Source of the DNA: a virus
Lineage: Duplodnaviria > Caudoviricetes
Length of the DNA: 53,076 nucleotides
Virus record (IMG/VR): IMGVR_UViG_3300048065_000485
Location: 1 to 53,076 of that record
Strand: one strand, 5' to 3'
The stretch's first letter is position 1. Each line of letters opens with the position of its first letter. The position numbers and the translations under genes were made by a program. The notes under the pieces are model-generated. The model worked only from the letters and a program-made list of their open reading frames with translations. It made no database searches and was not told where the DNA came from. Positions 9,044 to 19,311 of this stretch are shown in pieces.

Positions 9044-9133
9044 GGAAAGGTGGCTGAGTGGCTTAAAGCACTTCCCTGCTAAGGAAGAGTACGGGTAACT
9101 GTACCGAGAGTTCGAATCTCTCCCTTTCCGCCA
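9044..9133 (+). tRNA. trnS: tRNA-Ser (anticodon GCT)
   Basis: Acceptor stem GGAAAGG/CCTTTCC, anticodon arm CTTCC-CTGCTAA-GGAAG, long variable arm, T arm GAGAG-TTCGAAT-CTCTC, discriminator G and encoded CCA. Confidence 0.97.
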
Positions 9134-9142
9134 GGAAAAATT

Positions 9143-10528
9143 ATGAGAAATATTAATATATTTTATTTAGAAGATGGGTTTCAGTTTACTAAAGAAACTA
9201 TAGAACAACATACGGCAAAAGGTTGGACAGGACGTGAGCCCTTGCCGTTGCATGTACTCACACAAATAGAATTAGAGCAGAACTATAATCCATTTAAGGA
9301 AATGTTTGACATAAACATTATTAATAATGGTGACATATCGAAATGTGATTCACAAGATATCACACTTGTTCCAATAGATATACAAAGTTTTCCTATAACA
9401 ATAGAAAATCGTAAGAATTATTACTTGTCTCCTTTTGGAGAAGAAGTAGATAAAGTAGTACAGAAAATTCTTTCTTTAAACTTACCAAATTTAGTTTTAT
9501 TGTTTTATTCTAGTACTGAGCCTTATTTCTTTGATGCAAATATATACCTTGCAGAGTTAGGTTCTAATAATCCAAATATAAAAATTATATTAAGTGGGTC
9601 AGGAGAGACTGAAGATTATTTTGGGCACTATACTAATTATACAGCAAAACTTCGTAATGTACATAAAATACACAAACTTTGGTATTTTGATCGAGTACAT
9701 TATATGACATTCTTATCACAAGATGAAGAATTTAATAAAGTCCATTTAGAAATGGATAGAAAAATGACTGATAGAGAAAAGAAACTGTACCACATAGTAC
9801 CTAATAAATTTTTGTGTACACTAAGAAATTGTCGTTCTCATAGATTGCTTTTTTCTACTCTATTAGAAAATAGTGCTATAGGATTAGATGATATAACATA
9901 TGGCAGATTCTATAGTTTAAGACCTACAGATTTAATGAAAATTGCCGGCAACGAAAACACTAAAGATGAATATCCATATCATATAGAACTTATTTCAACT
10001 AGTCTTAATCAATTATTAAACAAAGAAGATTTAGATGATAGTTTAACAAGAGATGTAATGGACAATCTTATGAGCCGCCCACATATAATCGATATGAAGA
10101 ATATAGACGATAGAGGTATTCCCGGCCCTTGGTTATATGAAGACTGTGATATTGTAATCACTCCAGGCGGAGAACCTTACGGATATGGTTATGTAGACGA
10201 AAAGCAATTAATACCTATGGCATTTAAAAAGCCTTTTATAACATTTGGCTGTAAGGGAATTTACGAAGAATTAAAAAATATAGATTTCAAAACTTTTGAT
10301 GATTGTTGGCCTGTAAATTTTAATGAAGCAGATACTTTATTAGAAAGAGTACAAGGCTTCTTTACTGTTTTTGAATATATAAGAAATTTAAGTCCTTCTG
10401 CATATCAAGAACTATTAGAAAAGACAAAGGATAGTGTAGAGTTTAATTATAACCATTTAGTAGATGGTACATTTAGAAGAAAAAGTAATGAAAACTTTTT
10501 TCAGGAGATTTATAATGCCTGCAGTTAG
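9143..10528 (+). CDS. Hypothetical protein, possibly glycosyltransferase-like; paralog of 33817..34989
   Basis: 461-aa ORF; KF.C..RN...HR and EK...P....PFI..G..G....L....FKTF pattern shared with 33817..34989; the function is a guess. Confidence 0.5.
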   Translation: MRNINIFYLEDGFQFTKETIEQHTAKGWTGREPLPLHVLTQIELEQNYNPFKEMFDINIINNGDISKCDSQDITLVPIDIQSFPITIENRKNYYLSPFGEEVDKVVQKILSLNLPNLVLLFYSSTEPYFFDANIYLAELGSNNPNIKIILSGSGETEDYFGHYTNYTAKLRNVHKIHKLWYFDRVHYMTFLSQDEEFNKVHLEMDRKMTDREKKLYHIVPNKFLCTLRNCRSHRLLFSTLLENSAIGLDDITYGRFYSLRPTDLMKIAGNENTKDEYPYHIELISTSLNQLLNKEDLDDSLTRDVMDNLMSRPHIIDMKNIDDRGIPGPWLYEDCDIVITPGGEPYGYGYVDEKQLIPMAFKKPFITFGCKGIYEELKNIDFKTFDDCWPVNFNEADTLLERVQGFFTVFEYIRNLSPSAYQELLEKTKDSVEFNYNHLVDGTFRRKSNENFFQEIYNACS

Positions 10529-11393
10529 AGGAGCAAGACCTGTTAGAAATAAAGAAATTCAGGATTTTCATTGGCACTTAGATAAAAATGATTTAAAAAA
10601 TGTAACACTTTCAGAATACGAAAAAGTTTGGAGAGAATGGATTAATTATTCTAATACAAAATCTCTACAAGGTTTAGAAAATTTTACTCATGTAGATTAT
10701 ACACAAGGAACAAGCCAAACATTTGATCAGTTTATTTTAAGGCATAGTAAAGACAGAGAAATAATTGTTTTAAGCGGAGACTTCCAATATCATGCTTGTT
10801 TAGGAAAGCACGTTGAATTTAAATATGTAGACTATCCTCACTATTTAGAAGGCACACTACAAGGTCCAGGCTTACATGCTTTACTTATAAGTGCACCATT
10901 TAGTGACTTTGGTGTTATACATCCTGACTTTGAAGAATTAATGAGAATATGTAATGTAATGGATATACCTGTATGTTTGGATTTAGCATATTGGGGTATT
11001 AGTAAGCATGTTCATATAAATTTAAATGATTTCCCTGCTATTAAAGAAGTCACATGTAGTCTAAGTAAGCCATTTTTTACACTGGAAAATCACAGAGTAG
11101 GCGTACGATTTACAAGAGATTATGTAGATGATGGTGTAAGTATGCTTAATGAAGTAAAAATGCAAAATAATTATAGTATGGCATTAGGTGTAGAATATAT
11201 GCGTAATTTTTCTCCTGATTATAATTGGGAAAAATATAGAGATTTATACGAAACAATATGTTCTAATGAAGAATTAGTTTGGACAGATACTATGATTTTT
11301 GGATTAGGAGATGATATAAGACATGCAGAATATAATAGAGGTGTGTCTGGTAACTATAGAGTCTGTATTTCGGACTGGCTAGGTGATTGTTAA
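10515..11393 (+). CDS. PLP-dependent enzyme (fold type I, aminotransferase-like)
   Basis: GTSQTF loop, DLAY (PLP Asp), SLSK (Schiff-base Lys), HRVG; AGGAG SD before ATG 10515. Confidence 0.75.
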   Translation: MPAVRGARPVRNKEIQDFHWHLDKNDLKNVTLSEYEKVWREWINYSNTKSLQGLENFTHVDYTQGTSQTFDQFILRHSKDREIIVLSGDFQYHACLGKHVEFKYVDYPHYLEGTLQGPGLHALLISAPFSDFGVIHPDFEELMRICNVMDIPVCLDLAYWGISKHVHINLNDFPAIKEVTCSLSKPFFTLENHRVGVRFTRDYVDDGVSMLNEVKMQNNYSMALGVEYMRNFSPDYNWEKYRDLYETICSNEELVWTDTMIFGLGDDIRHAEYNRGVSGNYRVCISDWLGDC

Positions 11394-11435
11394 ATAAATA
11401 GTAGCATATAATAACTACACCCAGGAGACACATAA

Positions 11436-12497
11436 ATGATAGTTAATTCTCACAACGATTGGGACCCATTGGAAGAGATCATCGTTGGACATGCTCACCA
11501 CAGCAGAATTGCAACTGATATATCCGCAAGAAGTTTCAGTTACGCAAACTTTCCAAAAGAAGACGTAGAAAAATTAGAAGGCACTTATCCGCAATGGGTA
11601 ATTGACGAAGCAAATGAAGATGCAGATGGACTTGCAAAAGCATTAGAAGATTTAGGTGTAATAGTACACCGTCCTAAAATTATAGATTGGGATAAAAAGA
11701 ATTACGACATAGGCCAAGGCTGGAATACAAAAGGCTGGTACAGTTGGTGTCCGAGAGATTTAATATTACCATTAGGCGATATGCTTATTGAAACTCCTAC
11801 TCCTGTAAGAGCAAGATATTTTGAAACAAGATTATACGAAGACATTATGTATGAAGCATTTGAAGATGGTGCTTTATGGATGTCAGCACCAAAACCTAAG
11901 TTACATGATGACATGTACACATTTGAAGACATTGAAGACAAGCCAACGTTGTTAAACCATGAAATTTGTTTTGATGCACCAAACATTGTGAGAGTTGGTA
12001 AAGACTTGTTGTATCAAGTTAGCAATAGTGGTAACATGAAAGGCTACCAGTGGTTAAAAAGATTAGTTGAACCTATGGGTTACAAAATGCATTATAGTGA
12101 ACTTTACAGTTTCGCACATTTTGATAGCACTATTGTTCCACTTAGACCAGGGCTAGTACTTATGAACAGCTCAAGGGTAACACCTGACAACTGTCCTGAA
12201 ATGTTTAAAAAGTGGGATAAGATTTGGTTTGATGATTGTGTTGTACAAGGTAGTAAATTAGCAGACGAAGGCTACATGCCACCATGCTCACCATACATTG
12301 GTATGAACTTACTAAGTGTAGATCAAAATACTGTAATCTTAGACTCAGCACAAGAACCTCTAATGAGGGAACTTGACAAGTACGGTATAGATAGTGTACC
12401 TGTACAGTTTAGGCATTCTATGACGCTCTCTGGCGGCATACATTGTGCTACTTTAGATCTAAGACGTAAAGGAACTTTAGAGAGTTATTGTGATTAA
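11436..12497 (+). CDS. Amidinotransferase (glycine/inosamine-phosphate amidinotransferase family)
   Basis: VNSHNDWDPLEEIIVG start, CPRD, and catalytic triad FDAPN / AHFDS / GGIHC. Confidence 0.93.
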   Translation: MIVNSHNDWDPLEEIIVGHAHHSRIATDISARSFSYANFPKEDVEKLEGTYPQWVIDEANEDADGLAKALEDLGVIVHRPKIIDWDKKNYDIGQGWNTKGWYSWCPRDLILPLGDMLIETPTPVRARYFETRLYEDIMYEAFEDGALWMSAPKPKLHDDMYTFEDIEDKPTLLNHEICFDAPNIVRVGKDLLYQVSNSGNMKGYQWLKRLVEPMGYKMHYSELYSFAHFDSTIVPLRPGLVLMNSSRVTPDNCPEMFKKWDKIWFDDCVVQGSKLADEGYMPPCSPYIGMNLLSVDQNTVILDSAQEPLMRELDKYGIDSVPVQFRHSMTLSGGIHCATLDLRRKGTLESYCD

Positions 12498-12984
12498 ATA
12501 CGGGCATATAGATAACTTCGGTATCACACATGATCAGATGAGTCAATTAAACTTTGAAGATTACTTCCAATGTTATCAGCAAACACCTGCTGTAGAAAAG
12601 TATTATACAAAACATAATAGTAGTATATGGCAGATGTTTGAAACTTCCCCTCAATGGGTACATGATTTATCATTAAAAATACCTCAAGACTTTGATCACC
12701 ATGTAGTAAGTGTAATTAATGTAGAGCCTGGGCAGACAATTCCACATCATGTTGATAAACATTTTAAATTAAAACAAGAACATGGTGAAGGCGAAAGTCA
12801 TCGCTATCTAATATTTTTAGAAGATTGGAAACGTGGACACTATTATGAAGTACATGATCAGCCTTTTGTAAAATGGAGAGCAGGTGATTGGGTAAAGTTT
12901 GGTATAGATGATTGGCATATTGCAGGAAACATGGGAGAGGAGCCTTTTTATTCAGCACAAATAACGGTACTAAAAAATGTATAA
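12490..12984 (+). CDS. 2OG-Fe(II)/cupin-fold oxygenase-like protein
   Basis: PGQTIPHHVD (HxD) and a distal WHIAGN His. Confidence 0.7.
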   Translation: MIKYGHIDNFGITHDQMSQLNFEDYFQCYQQTPAVEKYYTKHNSSIWQMFETSPQWVHDLSLKIPQDFDHHVVSVINVEPGQTIPHHVDKHFKLKQEHGEGESHRYLIFLEDWKRGHYYEVHDQPFVKWRAGDWVKFGIDDWHIAGNMGEEPFYSAQITVLKNV

Positions 12985-13519
12985 AGGACATAAAGATATT
13001 TCATTTGTTACAGATGAAATGATTTATAGAGTTAAATTTACAGAACATACTAATACAGTTTATAGTGCAGGTTTTTGGGATAGTATGGGAGTAGCAGTAC
13101 CTGATTATCCTTACGATGCACCTTGGGTACATCAAGTATTTGAAAGTGATTGTGATTATTGGGTGCATGAAGTTAAACACCAATTTGATGATGTATTAAA
13201 ATATAGTGTTGCTACAGTAAATTGTATTAAACCTGGGAGGTTTATTGCACCACATACAGATACACTTTATAAAATTAAAGAACGAGTAAAGAAAGAAAAA
13301 TTAAACATAAAAGGATTAGAACCTGTACGAATAAATTTATTTTTACAGGATAGGTTGATGGGTCATTATTTTGAAATGGAAAATGAATCTTGGATAGATT
13401 ACAAAAAAGGAGATTTTACAGTAATAAAACCTAATGCAGAACATCTTGTTGCAAATTTAGGATACCAAAATAGATACACATTACAAGTTACAGGATTTGC
13501 AGAAAAAGGAACATTTTAA
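12977..13519 (+). CDS. 2OG-Fe(II) oxygenase-like protein
   Basis: PGRFIAPHTD (HxD), EHLVAN, and a downstream R (NRYTLQVTG). Confidence 0.72.
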   Translation: MYKGHKDISFVTDEMIYRVKFTEHTNTVYSAGFWDSMGVAVPDYPYDAPWVHQVFESDCDYWVHEVKHQFDDVLKYSVATVNCIKPGRFIAPHTDTLYKIKERVKKEKLNIKGLEPVRINLFLQDRLMGHYFEMENESWIDYKKGDFTVIKPNAEHLVANLGYQNRYTLQVTGFAEKGTF

Positions 13520-13528
13520 GGAATAAAC

Positions 13529-14485
13529 ATGAGAATATTTATAACAGGAGCAGACGGTTTTATAGGTCAGCACATGGTTGAACGATTAAAAGACAAACAC
13601 GAACTAGAATTTTTAAAAGAAGATTTAAGAGACCATGCCAAGGTTGCCATGCAGATCTCAACTTTTGATCCTGAGATAATTGTTCATTTGGCGGCAAGAA
13701 CAGAAGTACAGGACAGTTTTTATGAACAAATAACTTTTAGCGAAGTAAATTACGTTGGTACTGTAAATTTAATTGAAATTGCGGCAACACTACCTAATTT
13801 GAAAAATTTTGTATTTGCAAGTACAATGGAAGTATATGGTTGGCAACCTATAAGTGATTTGATTAGAGACGGAAAAGAAGAAGGAATAATTGCATTTAAT
13901 GAAGCAACACCTCCGAATCCAAATGCCCCCTACGCCGTTGCAAAGTATGGCTGTGAAAAATACTTAGAGTATGCTCATAGAAGTTATGGATTACCTTTTA
14001 CTGCTATTAGACAAACAAATGCATACGGTAGAAAGGACAATGACTTTTTTGTAACAGAACAAATTATTACACAAATGTTAAAAAATCCAGATGAGATTAA
14101 CTTAGGATATGGCGAGCCATACAGAAACTTTATTTACATTGATGATTTATTAGATGCATGGGAAACAGTAATAACAAATCCTGATAAGTGTGCTGGTGAA
14201 ATATTCTGTATAGGACCAGACAATGCAATTAAAATAAAGGACTATGTGCAACTCATTGCAGATAAACTTGAATGGAAAGGTCATGTAAATTGGAATACTA
14301 AACCTCCAAGACCAGGTGAAATTTATTTACTTAATAGTACTAATCATAAAATTACAACAAGATTAGGTTGGTTCCCTAAAGTAGAATTAAGTGAAGGACT
14401 AGATAGAACTATTGCTGTCTGGAAAGATGTTTTAGAAAATAATTTGCCACATAATCAGGACAGAAGATTTTCTAAAGGAAAATAA
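13529..14485 (+). CDS. NAD-dependent NDP-sugar epimerase/dehydratase
   Basis: ITGADGFIG, HLAA, ST.EVYG, YAVAK (YxxxK), RNFIYIDD. Confidence 0.92.
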   Translation: MRIFITGADGFIGQHMVERLKDKHELEFLKEDLRDHAKVAMQISTFDPEIIVHLAARTEVQDSFYEQITFSEVNYVGTVNLIEIAATLPNLKNFVFASTMEVYGWQPISDLIRDGKEEGIIAFNEATPPNPNAPYAVAKYGCEKYLEYAHRSYGLPFTAIRQTNAYGRKDNDFFVTEQIITQMLKNPDEINLGYGEPYRNFIYIDDLLDAWETVITNPDKCAGEIFCIGPDNAIKIKDYVQLIADKLEWKGHVNWNTKPPRPGEIYLLNSTNHKITTRLGWFPKVELSEGLDRTIAVWKDVLENNLPHNQDRRFSKGK

Positions 14486-16341
14486 TGTTTAACATTACTT
14501 TAGTTCAGCCTAATTTTCAGACTGGGCCTAAGCATCTTAATAGTTATTATTTGCCTTATAGTGTTGGTTCCTTATGGAGTTATTTACTACAACATTCTCA
14601 AATAGAAGAAAATTATCAAGTAGATAATTGGATATTTAGACGAGAAACATTACAAGATGTAGTAGATAGATGTAAAAATACAGATATAGTTTTTATAAGT
14701 TTATACATTTGGAATAAAAATTATTGCCTTATGTTAGGTAAAATTTTAAAAGAAGCCTATCCAAATATTAAAATTATTTTAGGCGGCCCTGAAGTACCTC
14801 ATAGAAATCCAAATTTTTTAAAAGACAATGATTATATTGATTCTATAGTAATCGGAGAAGGCGAGTTAGCAGTATTAGATATACTTACTGCTTATTTAGA
14901 TGAAAAACCCTTAGAGCAAGTGTATGAATACGAGAGGATAAAGGATTTAAACTTACCTAGTCCTTATACACTAGGATTGTTTGACGATCTTTTAAAACAA
15001 CACCCAGATATAGAATGGGTTCCAACATTAGAAACAGATAGAGGATGCCCTTACAGTTGTACTTTTTGTGATTGGGGAAGTGCCACAGCAAGTAAAATGT
15101 ATAAATTATATGACGATAGAATACTTGCAGATCTTCAATGGGTAGCAGATAATAAATTACCTTACCTAGCATTAACATCTAGTAATTTTGGAATCTTTAA
15201 GGATAGAGATTTGATGATAACAGATATGATTGTTAAAACAACTAAAGAAACAGGTTACCCAAAAGGCATTAGTGTAAGTTATGCAAAAAACAGTAATGAT
15301 ACTGTATTAGAAATTGTTAAAAAATTTATAGATGTGAATATACAAACAGGAATAACTTTGAGTTTACAAACAACAACTGAAGAAGTTTTAGAGAATATTA
15401 AACGTAAAAATATGAAAATTAATTCTATTGATGAAATCATAGGATCTGCAAAAGAAAAAAATGTTCCTGCCCTAACAGAATTAATATTAGGCATGCCAGG
15501 TGAAACTGTGGAATCATGGAAGTCTACTTTAGAACAAATATTAATAAATGAAATACCAACATTAGATGTTTACTTTTTACAACTATTAGTAAACTCTCCA
15601 ATGTATGTAAAACAAATACAAGAATATGATTTAAAAACATTTTATGCATATGACTTTTTCTATGGTGTACAGAACGAAAAATTTGAATACGATAAAAAAC
15701 ATAAGATATCGGAATCTATAGAAGTTATAAAAAGCACAAATACAATATCAGAAAAAGAAATGGCAGATGTATCTTTGTTTACTGTTTTTGTATTAGGATT
15801 TCAAATGTTTGGATTATCAAATATTATGTCTACTCATTTAAATAAAACACAAGGATTGTCTTATATAAAGTTCTATGAAGGTCTATACGAATATCTTATT
15901 GAAAACGATACTAATATTAATATATGGCTAGAAAAGTTACAAAAGGGTTTTATAGATTGGAAAAAAACAGGTTATATGGATACAAACATAGATGGAGTAC
16001 ATATAGAAGGTTGGAAATTTTTCCATTCCTTAATGCCAATCATTCAACAGAATAATTTAGTATCACATTATATAGATCTTGTTGCAGATTATTCTAAACA
16101 ATTTACAACATCTGATATTATAGAAGATTTTGTAAAAGTATCAAATTTACAAATTAAACAATTTGACTCACAAATACACGAATCTCTCCAGGTTACAGTC
16201 AAAAGTAACCTTTTTCCTGCAAATTTAATTATTTCTGATAGATACGGAGACTACTTGGCAGAAAAAGAAGAACACTTAGATATGCTCTTTTTTGGAAGAC
16301 GTAGAGGATGGCACCTTAATAAAATAAGTCTTGACAAATAA
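14485..16341 (+). CDS. B12-binding radical SAM enzyme
   Basis: Cobalamin-binding domain (SLYIWN, ILGGPE, IGEGE) plus RGCPYSCTFCDW (CxxxCxxC) and LILGMPGET. Confidence 0.9.
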   Translation: MFNITLVQPNFQTGPKHLNSYYLPYSVGSLWSYLLQHSQIEENYQVDNWIFRRETLQDVVDRCKNTDIVFISLYIWNKNYCLMLGKILKEAYPNIKIILGGPEVPHRNPNFLKDNDYIDSIVIGEGELAVLDILTAYLDEKPLEQVYEYERIKDLNLPSPYTLGLFDDLLKQHPDIEWVPTLETDRGCPYSCTFCDWGSATASKMYKLYDDRILADLQWVADNKLPYLALTSSNFGIFKDRDLMITDMIVKTTKETGYPKGISVSYAKNSNDTVLEIVKKFIDVNIQTGITLSLQTTTEEVLENIKRKNMKINSIDEIIGSAKEKNVPALTELILGMPGETVESWKSTLEQILINEIPTLDVYFLQLLVNSPMYVKQIQEYDLKTFYAYDFFYGVQNEKFEYDKKHKISESIEVIKSTNTISEKEMADVSLFTVFVLGFQMFGLSNIMSTHLNKTQGLSYIKFYEGLYEYLIENDTNINIWLEKLQKGFIDWKKTGYMDTNIDGVHIEGWKFFHSLMPIIQQNNLVSHYIDLVADYSKQFTTSDIIEDFVKVSNLQIKQFDSQIHESLQVTVKSNLFPANLIISDRYGDYLAEKEEHLDMLFFGRRRGWHLNKISLDK

Positions 16342-16359
16342 TTAAAGTTCTGTTAGACT
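16331..16359 (+). promoter_or_regulatory. Sigma70-type promoter
   Basis: TTGACA, 17-nt spacer, TGn-TAGACT. Confidence 0.65.
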
Positions 16360-16379
16360 AGTTTTTTTCGAGGAGTATT

Positions 16380-16604
16380 ATGGAAACTTATATTTTATTT
16401 TTTATCTTTATTTTAATAAACTCATATTTTTCATTTAAAGCAGGTGAAAAATCAGGTAGGTTTATAGGAATGTTACATATTGTTCAGTTTTTTCAAACCA
16501 AAGGAGTATTAAAAGATAAAAAAGAAATAGTTGGGTTTAAAAATTGGCCAAGGGCTATACAGGTATTATACCTTGACCCAAGAGAAGAACTATTTGAGGA
16601 TTAG
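16380..16604 (+). CDS. Small membrane protein
   Basis: GAGGAG SD; N-terminal TM segment. Confidence 0.65.
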   Translation: METYILFFIFILINSYFSFKAGEKSGRFIGMLHIVQFFQTKGVLKDKKEIVGFKNWPRAIQVLYLDPREELFED

Positions 16605-16612
16605 ACACATAC

Positions 16613-17770
16613 ATGGCACGAAGAAAAGCAGTTAGAAGCATTTACGTTACTAAAGAACCTGAATGGAAAACTATTAAATTAATTACAGAACCTTCAGAAC
16701 AAGAAGAAGCATTTAAAAGTTGCGAGTATTTTGTTCGTACTGAAATAGCAAAAAAGAAATTAGTAGCCTCTTGTAAAAAATGGGTTAAAGATAATTCAGG
16801 TTGGACTAAAGAAGAAATTAAAACAGTATGCTCATGTCCAGACTGGAGTTTTTCTAGTGCTGGGATATCTACATATATATTTTATAAGATAGGCTTTATG
16901 CCAGAGCATGTAGAAAAACATTATCACGAAAGAAGAAAAGAAGAATGGTTAAAACGTGGCGAACAAACAATAGCAGAAAAACAAGTAAAAGCAGAAACAA
17001 GTCCTAAAAAAGTAATTAGCATTCAGGAAAGAATGAAAATGCAAGTAGAACATCTATGTGCTGATTGGGAATATAAATTAGACTGTTTTGTTGAGGGAAA
17101 TATTACACTTAAAGAATTTGATCCCTACAAAGATATGTTATCGTATCAGCCTGAGATAAAGGCCGCACATGCAACTTTAATAAAGCAAGATTTCGAACCT
17201 GCATATAAAGAATCACTAGAAGTAAAAGAATGGACTGACCCAGACATAAAAGAAGGTTATGCACACTTTACACCTAAAATGAGAAAAGAGTTTGTTGAGT
17301 TTTTTGTAAAGATTAATACTGCATGTGATACAATTATAGAAACAAAAAAGACTACTAGAAAGGCTCGTAAACCTAGAGCAAGATCAAAAGAGTCTATTAT
17401 AAAGAAATTAAAATTCCAATTAAATTGCCCAGACTTAGGTATTGCAAGTATACATCCTACAGACATAGTTCATGCAAATGAAATATGGATATACAATACT
17501 AAAACAAGGAAATTAGGTGTATACCATGCAATTAATAAAGATCCAAGAGGTATGGGTAGAGATGGATTAATGGTTAAAGGTACAACTATACAGGACTTTG
17601 ATGAAGATTCTAGTATACAAAAGACACTTAGAAAACCTAAAGAACAAATTAATAATTGGACTGGTAAAGCAAAAACTAAATTTGCTAAGGCATTTGATGA
17701 ATTAACAACTACAGGCATTAAAATGAACGGCAGAATGAACGATAATACTATAATACTACAAGCCTTTTAA
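16613..17770 (+). CDS. Hypothetical basic protein
   Basis: 385-aa Lys-rich ORF; GAGG SD. Confidence 0.75.
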   Translation: MARRKAVRSIYVTKEPEWKTIKLITEPSEQEEAFKSCEYFVRTEIAKKKLVASCKKWVKDNSGWTKEEIKTVCSCPDWSFSSAGISTYIFYKIGFMPEHVEKHYHERRKEEWLKRGEQTIAEKQVKAETSPKKVISIQERMKMQVEHLCADWEYKLDCFVEGNITLKEFDPYKDMLSYQPEIKAAHATLIKQDFEPAYKESLEVKEWTDPDIKEGYAHFTPKMRKEFVEFFVKINTACDTIIETKKTTRKARKPRARSKESIIKKLKFQLNCPDLGIASIHPTDIVHANEIWIYNTKTRKLGVYHAINKDPRGMGRDGLMVKGTTIQDFDEDSSIQKTLRKPKEQINNWTGKAKTKFAKAFDELTTTGIKMNGRMNDNTIILQAF

Positions 17771-17793
17771 TGTGAAAATTGATAAATAGTACT

Positions 17794-18555
17794 ATGCCAG
17801 TAGATCAAATAGGATATAACAACAGAGAAGAACTTGTAAACGAGTTACAATTACGTCTGGCAGACGGTATTGTAGACGTTGAATTAGATAGAGCACATTA
17901 TGATATTGCTATAGACAAGTCACTTGCTTTGTATAGACAACTTAGTGCAGGTGCCGTAGAAGAAAGTGCCCTGTTTTTAACAACACAAGAAGGTGTAACG
18001 GAGTATACATTACCAGATGAAGTAATGGAAGTGCGTAGATTATACAGAAAAGGTGTTGGTACTAATAGCGGTGGCGGTACAAACTTCGATCCTTTTGATG
18101 TAGCATTTAATAATATGTACTTATTACAGGCAGGCCAAATGGGCGGATTAGCAGTATTCGATGCATTTAGTCAATATAAAGAAGTTTTAGGTAGAATATT
18201 TGGTAGTGAATATAATTTCTTATGGAATAGGAATACCAAACAACTTAAAATTTTAAGAAATGTAAGACACGAAGAAGAAATTGCTGTAGGCATTTATAAT
18301 TTCATACCAGAAAGTATTTTGTTAAAAGACATATATGCCGCAAATTGGTTGGCCGCTTATGCTCTTGCTCAGTCTAAAATGATGTTAGGTGAGGCAAGAA
18401 GTAAATATGCTAGTGGACTTCCTGGTGCAGGCGGAAACATACAGTTAAATGGTGATGCATTGAAACAAGAAGCAATAGCAGAAATGGATAAAGGGCGAGA
18501 ATCGTTATTCCAGAAGGAAGAAGGTAATGCCCCATTAGGATTTGTAATAGGATAA
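17794..18555 (+). CDS. gp13: Neck protein (T4 gp13-like)
   Basis: LRL....VDVEL, W...YALA..K..LG..RSKY..LPG..G..LNG motif; GATAAATA-GTACT-ATG fixes the start at 17794. Confidence 0.8.
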   Translation: MPVDQIGYNNREELVNELQLRLADGIVDVELDRAHYDIAIDKSLALYRQLSAGAVEESALFLTTQEGVTEYTLPDEVMEVRRLYRKGVGTNSGGGTNFDPFDVAFNNMYLLQAGQMGGLAVFDAFSQYKEVLGRIFGSEYNFLWNRNTKQLKILRNVRHEEEIAVGIYNFIPESILLKDIYAANWLAAYALAQSKMMLGEARSKYASGLPGAGGNIQLNGDALKQEAIAEMDKGRESLFQKEEGNAPLGFVIG

Positions 18556-19217
18556 TGTTAATAGGAATAACCGGTTTTATAGGCAGTGGCAAAGATACAG
18601 TAGCCAATATGTTTGTAGAACGTGGGTGTGTCCATGACAGTTTCGCCGCTCCCCTAAAAGATGTTTGCTCCAGTATTTTTGGTTGGGAAAGATCTATGCT
18701 TGAAGGGGATACTGTAGAAAGTAGAGAGTACAGAGAAACACCTGATATGTTTTGGACTAAAAAATTAGGCGTACCAAACTTTACTCCAAGGTTAGCATTA
18801 CAACTATTAGGCACAGAAGTACTAAGAAATCATTTTGATCAAGATATTTGGTTAAATAGTTTAGAGTATAGAATAAGAAAACAGACACAAAACGCACCAT
18901 GTACAGTAATTAGTGATGCTCGTTTTAGAAATGAGTTAGATTTAATTAAAAATATGGGCGGTGTGGTTATTTGGGTACAACGTGGAGACTTACCGGAATG
19001 GTTTGAAACAGCAAAGACGGCACACGAAAACGTTGTTAGTAGAAAAATCATGCAAACAAAATACAGAGATGTTCATGAGAGTGAATGGAATTGGGCAGGT
19101 TACCCAGTTGATTACATTATAGATAATAATGGAACCCTCGAAGATCTAGCCAAACAAGTTGAAAGCATCAGAGATTGGAAAACTGGTGAATTTAAACAAC
19201 CTCTAAAATTAATATAA
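18555..19217 (+). CDS. Deoxynucleoside monophosphate kinase (T4 gp1-like)
   Basis: GFIGSGKDT P-loop, FAAPLK, R.ALQ.LGTE, ISD.RF.NE, HESE. Confidence 0.9.
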   Translation: MLIGITGFIGSGKDTVANMFVERGCVHDSFAAPLKDVCSSIFGWERSMLEGDTVESREYRETPDMFWTKKLGVPNFTPRLALQLLGTEVLRNHFDQDIWLNSLEYRIRKQTQNAPCTVISDARFRNELDLIKNMGGVVIWVQRGDLPEWFETAKTAHENVVSRKIMQTKYRDVHESEWNWAGYPVDYIIDNNGTLEDLAKQVESIRDWKTGEFKQPLKLI

Positions 19218-19311
19218 TACCACATAATACCTTTTAAATTCCGTAAATACACTAAAATATTGTATTCTGATAAATACATATAAGATTAGATCTTAATATT
19301 AGGAGAACAAT

